Shown here: piece by piece, positions 59,065-64,000 of the stretch
How the letters are laid out: every line of letters starts with the position of its first letter
How positions within the stretch are numbered: position 1 is the stretch's first letter
NCBI GenBank assembly: GCA_050290185.1
Contig: JBNKHE010000008.1
Span: forward strand, 1 to 64,000
DNA length: 64,000 nucleotides
DNA from: Pontiella sp.
Lineage (GTDB): Bacteria > Verrucomicrobiota > Kiritimatiellia > Kiritimatiellales > Pontiellaceae
Direction of reading: 5' to 3'
Program-made: the position numbers and the translations under genes
Notes under the pieces: generated by a model
Databases searched by the model: none
What the model saw: only the letters and a program-made list of their open reading frames with translations
Told to the model about the DNA's origin: nothing

Positions 59065-61047
59065 CTAGGAATCAAGAGCGGGAAGCGTAATGAAGACCGT
59101 GGTGCCGCCTTCACTTGTTTCAATGTCCAGTTGGCCGTTATGGTCAATTACAGCCCGTTTGGCGATCGGCAGGCCGAGTCCAAGACCCCGGGCTTTGATG
59201 GTGCTGAACGGCGAGAAGACTTTGTCGCGCAACGAGGGGGAAACGCCGCTTCCGTTGTCGGTGATCATGATATATACGGCACTGCCATTTTGCGAGGAAC
59301 GCCCCTTGACGGTTACATTGATCCGTGAGCCGGGTTTGTTTGAAAGGTTCTCCGCTGCATTTCTCAAGAGATGATAAATGCATTCCTCCAGCGAAGCCGC
59401 GTCACCGTTGACCTGCCGTCCCGTATCATCTGATGAAAGGTGAATCTTGAGGTTTTCGTGATCAAACTCGGATTGAATGCGTGTGACGGCAAATTCGATG
59501 GGTTTATGGACATCCAACGGTTGGAAGATCGGTTTTGGTGGATTGGCAAATTCATTGATCTTTTCGATGATGTGATTAAGTTTATCCACTTCGGCTGTAA
59601 CCTGTTCGCTAAAGTCTGCCCGGAAATCAGGATCTTCATACCGGTCGGGCAGAAGTTGCGAAAAGGTCTTGATGGCAACCAGTGGATTGCGGATTTCGTG
59701 ACTCATGCTTGAGGCCAACTCGTTCCAGAATGCTGCTCGTTCAAGTTGCTCTGCTTTTTCCTGAAGGAGTTTGGCGCCGGTTACATCGTGAAGCATCATC
59801 ATGGCCCCGACGCAGGTGCCGTTATCCATCAACCTGCGGGTTTCCGCTGAAAGGGTCCGTTTCGTCCGCACATCGGTCCACTCGTTGGCGTCGCGAATTT
59901 CCCGGTCCTCGATTGTTCTGCGCAACATATCTGCTATGCGGCTTCCAACTTCTTCTGCCTTGCCGCCGATCACGTCCTCGGTTTCAGGGCTCAGGATGGT
60001 TCGTGCAGTGCTATTGAACCAGCGTATTATGGCATTTTCATCGCAGGCAATAATGCCAAAAGGAATGGAATGGAGAAGGGTTTCCGCCAGGGCTTTCTGC
60101 AGGGCGGTTTCTTCGTACTTGAGTGCTTTTTCGAGGGTGGTGGAGATATGGTCGGCCAGCGCCGTCATGTCTTCGAGATCGGCCACGTCGAAAGGGATTC
60201 CGGTAGAGCGCTGGCCAACAAAAATCCACCCCTTAATGGTGCCCGTTGCGTATAGGGGAATAATGATCTCGGCACCTAGCGAGTCGAGCATCCGTTTGAG
60301 CATGGAGCGCTCTTCGGGATCCAAAATGTTTTTCAGCGTGGATCGAGAAACTAGATGGGTATTCATCTCCATCCAGCGGATAAAGGGATCGTTTGAATGA
60401 ATCCGCAGTTTTTCCGTTGCAGCAAGGCAGCGGGTGCCTGCCTGGTATATGTAGCATTCATCGGCTTCCGTGCATATGAATATGCCGGCGCGGGAGACGC
60501 GTGCTGTGGCTACAAGTCCATCGACCACACTGTCAAACAGCATCTCCAGATTGTCGACGTTGCGCTGCGCCTTTAAGAAGTTTTGGAGGGGGGCCGCAAA
60601 CAGGGTGCGGGATTCCTGTTTGGGTTCAGAGAGTCGAGCGTTCAGCGTTGCCAGTTCTTGCGCCAGCACACTGTTTTTATTGCGTAGGGCAAGGCATTCG
60701 ACCGCTTGTTTTAGCACAACGCGAAACTCACGGCTTCCTGGCTCCAGTGAGAGTGTGCAGAATGGATCCATCATTTCAGCCGCAAGCATGGGATCCGACC
60801 GGTCGACGCCCATGGGTATAATGATGGTTAGCGGCCTTTCATGTTTAAGTCCTGATATGACATCAAGACAATGGGGCGCGCGTAGGTCTGCCAAAAGAAC
60901 CGTGTCGCCAAATTGCATGAACCGTTGCTCAAGTTCTTCTTGAGTGGATATGGGCTCTATGAAGGCTACATTTGATCCAAGACGGGGGAGCTTGTTTACA
61001 AGTTCGGTATCCCTGCTATATAGAATGCATGAAGGCAGTGAGGTCAT
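59065..61047 (-). CDS. cytoplasmic histidine kinase (degenerate receiver, GAF, PAS, HisKA, HATPase)
   Basis: SHEIRNPLVAIKTF, DNGSG, GLGLGL; ATGA-coupled to the upstream kinase. Confidence 0.9.
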   Translation of the reverse strand: MTSLPSCILYSRDTELVNKLPRLGSNVAFIEPISTQEELEQRFMQFGDTVLLADLRAPHCLDVISGLKHERPLTIIIPMGVDRSDPMLAAEMMDPFCTLSLEPGSREFRVVLKQAVECLALRNKNSVLAQELATLNARLSEPKQESRTLFAAPLQNFLKAQRNVDNLEMLFDSVVDGLVATARVSRAGIFICTEADECYIYQAGTRCLAATEKLRIHSNDPFIRWMEMNTHLVSRSTLKNILDPEERSMLKRMLDSLGAEIIIPLYATGTIKGWIFVGQRSTGIPFDVADLEDMTALADHISTTLEKALKYEETALQKALAETLLHSIPFGIIACDENAIIRWFNSTARTILSPETEDVIGGKAEEVGSRIADMLRRTIEDREIRDANEWTDVRTKRTLSAETRRLMDNGTCVGAMMMLHDVTGAKLLQEKAEQLERAAFWNELASSMSHEIRNPLVAIKTFSQLLPDRYEDPDFRADFSEQVTAEVDKLNHIIEKINEFANPPKPIFQPLDVHKPIEFAVTRIQSEFDHENLKIHLSSDDTGRQVNGDAASLEECIYHLLRNAAENLSNKPGSRINVTVKGRSSQNGSAVYIMITDNGSGVSPSLRDKVFSPFSTIKARGLGLGLPIAKRAVIDHNGQLDIETSEGGTTVFITLPALDS

Positions 61048-63557
61048 GAGGCCTCCTGCTGGATAACCGGAAGGTATACATAGAAGGTAGAGCCGGCTCC
61101 CGTTTCACTCTCCACTTCGATAACGCCTCCATGATCCTGAATGATACCATGCGCGACCGATAGACCCATGCCGGTTCCTTCGCTCTTGCTGGTGAAGAAC
61201 GGATCAAAAATCTTTTGGAGGCTTTCTCGTGGGATTCCGTGTCCGGTATCGCTGATTTGGACACGAATGCACGCTAGATTGACCCCATGGTTTGGATGCT
61301 CTCCAGTGGCAAACTGATATTTACAGTTAGAGGATCCCACTGTAATCGTGCCATCATTGCCGATGGCTTCTATGGCGTTTAGCATGAGGTTGATCAGGGC
61401 CTGGGACAAAAGCTTCGCGTCGCCTTGGATTTCGTCTACATCCGCATGGCATCTGTTGTTCATGCCGATGTTCTTTTGAATCATTTGCTCATGGGTGAGT
61501 TTGAGAATCTGGTCAATCGTATCGTGGAGTTTCATCGGCACAAGATGAGGTTTTGTAGGTTTGGAGAAGCTGAGCAACTCATTAACGATCCCGTCAATCC
61601 GTGACACTTCGTGCGCCACCAACTCAGAAAACTCCAGCCTGAAGTCCTCATCCGAATATCGGCTCGGCAACAACTGTGTAAAGGTTTTAATGGTCACCAG
61701 TGGATTCTTGATTTCGTGGGCCATGCCGGCGGCAAGCGTACCTACGCTGGAAAGCTGATCCGTACGCCGAACCTGCTCCTCCAGGCTTTTAAGTTCAGTC
61801 AGGTCTGTAAACACCAAGAGAGCCCCCATAGGCTTCTGATCATGACTCAGAAGAAAGGTTGTGCCCATTCTAATGCTCAGGCTTTTTTTCGCTTCATCCA
61901 GTTCGAACAGTCTGGCATCGACATTTCGCTGACCTTTCTCGCGTTTGAGCGCGTCTTCCAGCGAACGGGCAATCGCTTTTGGCAGCACATCGATATCCAT
62001 ACCGATGGCATCCTTATCCTGAATGCCGGTAATACGTTGTGCTTCATGATTGAACAAAGTTATTTTCCGCTCTGTATTAGCTAGAATCACACCGCTTACT
62101 AGTTGATCGAGCATGATCTCATTGCGTATCTTGCTGTCTTGGACTTCGGTATAAAGCTGGGCGTTTTCCAGTGCCACGGAGAATTGATTGCACAATAGCT
62201 GGAGGGCATCTTGCTCGGCGCTGTCATAGATACGACCATCAGTCTTTGGGCCGAGAAGCACTACGCCCGTTAATCCTTCTTTTGCGAATATCCCCGTGGC
62301 AACCTGAACATCATATTTGGTTAATGTATCTATGGCTTCCTGTATCTTAGCTGTAGGGCGTGTTCTTAGGAGACTATCTTTTGATATTGGTTCTTTTGAC
62401 TTCTTAATCATTTCTATAACCGCATTACTGGGCTCGAATGTAATGGTATTTTCACATTGCTCGGTGCAGTAACGCAAAGAATACCCGAGGTCTGAATACG
62501 CAAGCATTCCTATGCGTTCCGTCCCGAGTGCTGTGACAAGCAGTCTTAGAAAATGATCCAGAATTGCATCAATGGTGGTGACAGATTGAAACATTTTGCT
62601 TGCCGCTCTCATGGTTGACGATACATCCATGGACTTTGAGGCAATCAGTTTTTCGGCTACTTTCTGCAGTCGCCCATGCGCGGGTGTCATTGAAAATGCA
62701 ACCACTAGCGTTGCAATGATTTGAGCTGGGAGGTGCGAGTAAATCATGAATTGGCTGAGCAATAAGGACCCTAGGCTCCATGTAATTAAATAAACAATCA
62801 CAAGGTATACAATAAGTAGTGCGTAGGCAATTGCCCTACGAATAATGGTTAGGATGCCCAGTATTTTATGGATGGCTATCCCATACCCGACGGTTGCGAC
62901 AAGCGCTACAATGCTTAGCGCATTGGTAAATGGAACGTACTGTGATGTTCCGGCAATTAGGGGGATGAAAAGTCCGAGGACTGATCCTATCAAGAGCGCT
63001 ATTGTTGCGCCCAATACTACAAATGAAAGCTCTGCTCGCTGGACCCCGTCCAAGGTCTTCATGTCGCGTTTGAAGGCGACAATGAGACTTATGCCGGACA
63101 GCAAAAAATAAAAGGCATATATGGAAAGTCCCGCTCCATATTTGGGCTCTGCTAATGCCATGTCGGATGAGACGTTATCAGGCATAACCGTTGTTTTTAA
63201 GAAAAACTCTGTAAAACACAATGCGGTTGTGAGTATGTTTATAATTAAATATCGGATTCCTATCCTGAGAATGGACGTAAAAGAGCACTGGGGACATTTA
63301 ATGGAAAGCCGCAGGAGGTGACAGGAGGTCGGTATAATTGCTGCGAAGACGGAAGCCCATCGTATTGCCAGTGTTGCGGCTTCGGCGGTAGCCGCCTGGA
63401 TTATGAACCATCCGGATAGTTGCCACAACGTCACGCATCCGGCAAAGACTAAGAAATACTGGTTGACTACTCGGCGCGTATTGGTGAAATAGACGACTAT
63501 GCCGAGTATACTGGCGAACAAAAGCGTTCCAAGTATGGCGATCTCAACAATCAACAT
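61044..63557 (-). CDS. membrane histidine kinase (7TM-type N-terminus, GAF, PAS, HisKA, HATPase)
   Basis: multi-TM N-terminal third; [30 protein letters not shown]. Confidence 0.92.
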   Translation of the reverse strand: MLIVEIAILGTLLFASILGIVVYFTNTRRVVNQYFLVFAGCVTLWQLSGWFIIQAATAEAATLAIRWASVFAAIIPTSCHLLRLSIKCPQCSFTSILRIGIRYLIINILTTALCFTEFFLKTTVMPDNVSSDMALAEPKYGAGLSIYAFYFLLSGISLIVAFKRDMKTLDGVQRAELSFVVLGATIALLIGSVLGLFIPLIAGTSQYVPFTNALSIVALVATVGYGIAIHKILGILTIIRRAIAYALLIVYLVIVYLITWSLGSLLLSQFMIYSHLPAQIIATLVVAFSMTPAHGRLQKVAEKLIASKSMDVSSTMRAASKMFQSVTTIDAILDHFLRLLVTALGTERIGMLAYSDLGYSLRYCTEQCENTITFEPSNAVIEMIKKSKEPISKDSLLRTRPTAKIQEAIDTLTKYDVQVATGIFAKEGLTGVVLLGPKTDGRIYDSAEQDALQLLCNQFSVALENAQLYTEVQDSKIRNEIMLDQLVSGVILANTERKITLFNHEAQRITGIQDKDAIGMDIDVLPKAIARSLEDALKREKGQRNVDARLFELDEAKKSLSIRMGTTFLLSHDQKPMGALLVFTDLTELKSLEEQVRRTDQLSSVGTLAAGMAHEIKNPLVTIKTFTQLLPSRYSDEDFRLEFSELVAHEVSRIDGIVNELLSFSKPTKPHLVPMKLHDTIDQILKLTHEQMIQKNIGMNNRCHADVDEIQGDAKLLSQALINLMLNAIEAIGNDGTITVGSSNCKYQFATGEHPNHGVNLACIRVQISDTGHGIPRESLQKIFDPFFTSKSEGTGMGLSVAHGIIQDHGGVIEVESETGAGSTFYVYLPVIQQEAS

Positions 63558-64000
63558 GTGTAATCAACTTTACTTATGATGAGTGAGCTATTTATGGCTC
63601 CGCTTCCATGGGAGTTTATTAGAAGCTTGCCTATTTCCGTATGCCTCGGCTCCTGCGATACGAAATCCAGATTGCAATCTGGATCAAGATTAACGAGGTT
63701 TGCCGTTGGCGGTACTACTTGATTGGCAATCGCCAGAGAACTTGCGATTACTTGATGGGCGCCTGCCGCCCCCAAGGGATTTCCGGTTGCTCCTTTGATT
63801 GAGGTTACGGGAACTGAATAAGCATGTTTTCCCAAAAGCTGCTCAATCAGTTTCGATTCTGCGGCATCAAGTATTTGGTCGCTGGGCCCGTGGGCAAAAA
63901 CAACATCAATTTCACGAGGTAACAACCCGGAATTGGCTAGTGCCTTATTCATGCTCGAGAGTAAGCCATTGCCGGCGCCGTCATAGTTAAGATCTCGGGA
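63551..64000 (-). CDS. beta-ketoacyl synthase (FabF-like), C-terminal part; the 5' end lies outside the window
   Basis: frame open to the window edge; AHG, D..E, VTSIKG.TG..LGAAG, VPPTANL...DPDC.LD, NS.G.G..NSSL. Confidence 0.85.
   Translation of the reverse strand, partial: SRDLNYDGAGNGLLSSMNKALANSGLLPREIDVVFAHGPSDQILDAAESKLIEQLLGKHAYSVPVTSIKGATGNPLGAAGAHQVIASSLAIANQVVPPTANLVNLDPDCNLDFVSQEPRHTEIGKLLINSHGSGAINSSLIISKVDYTC

Overview
64-kb bacterial chromosomal window with no integrase, transposase, prophage or CRISPR array that I can see. The gene content (fucose isomerase, secreted multidomain glycosidases with a PVC-type C-terminal domain, exosortase) suggests a Verrucomicrobiota/Kiritimatiellota polysaccharide degrader; this taxonomy is inference. 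In order: (1) carbohydrate locus with fucI, a GH29 relic, GH57-like, GH43, two GH127/146 and a double esterase; (2) two tandem sigma54-driven amt-PII operons; (3) a tightly coupled 7-gene operon with a wHTH regulator, membrane proteins, exosortase K and a PEP-CTERM-type target; (4) tRNA-His followed by a patchwork of small accessory genes, including two poly-Pro secreted paralogs and a duplicated tautomerase/AraC module; (5) malic enzyme divergent from a sdhCAB-CBS-korAB(CBS)-sucCD-gltA operon; (6) tpx, hisB, tauE, rtcB, hisH, a hybrid kinase and a USP; (7) an atypical ketosynthase (cut by the window end) coupled to two histidine kinases. The most promising candidates for under-described systems are the exosortase operon, the ketosynthase plus 7TM-kinase locus, the stand-alone C-terminal-domain poly-Pro proteins and the CBS-regulated 2-oxoacid oxidoreductase. 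All family calls come from motif recognition by eye; no searches were run.
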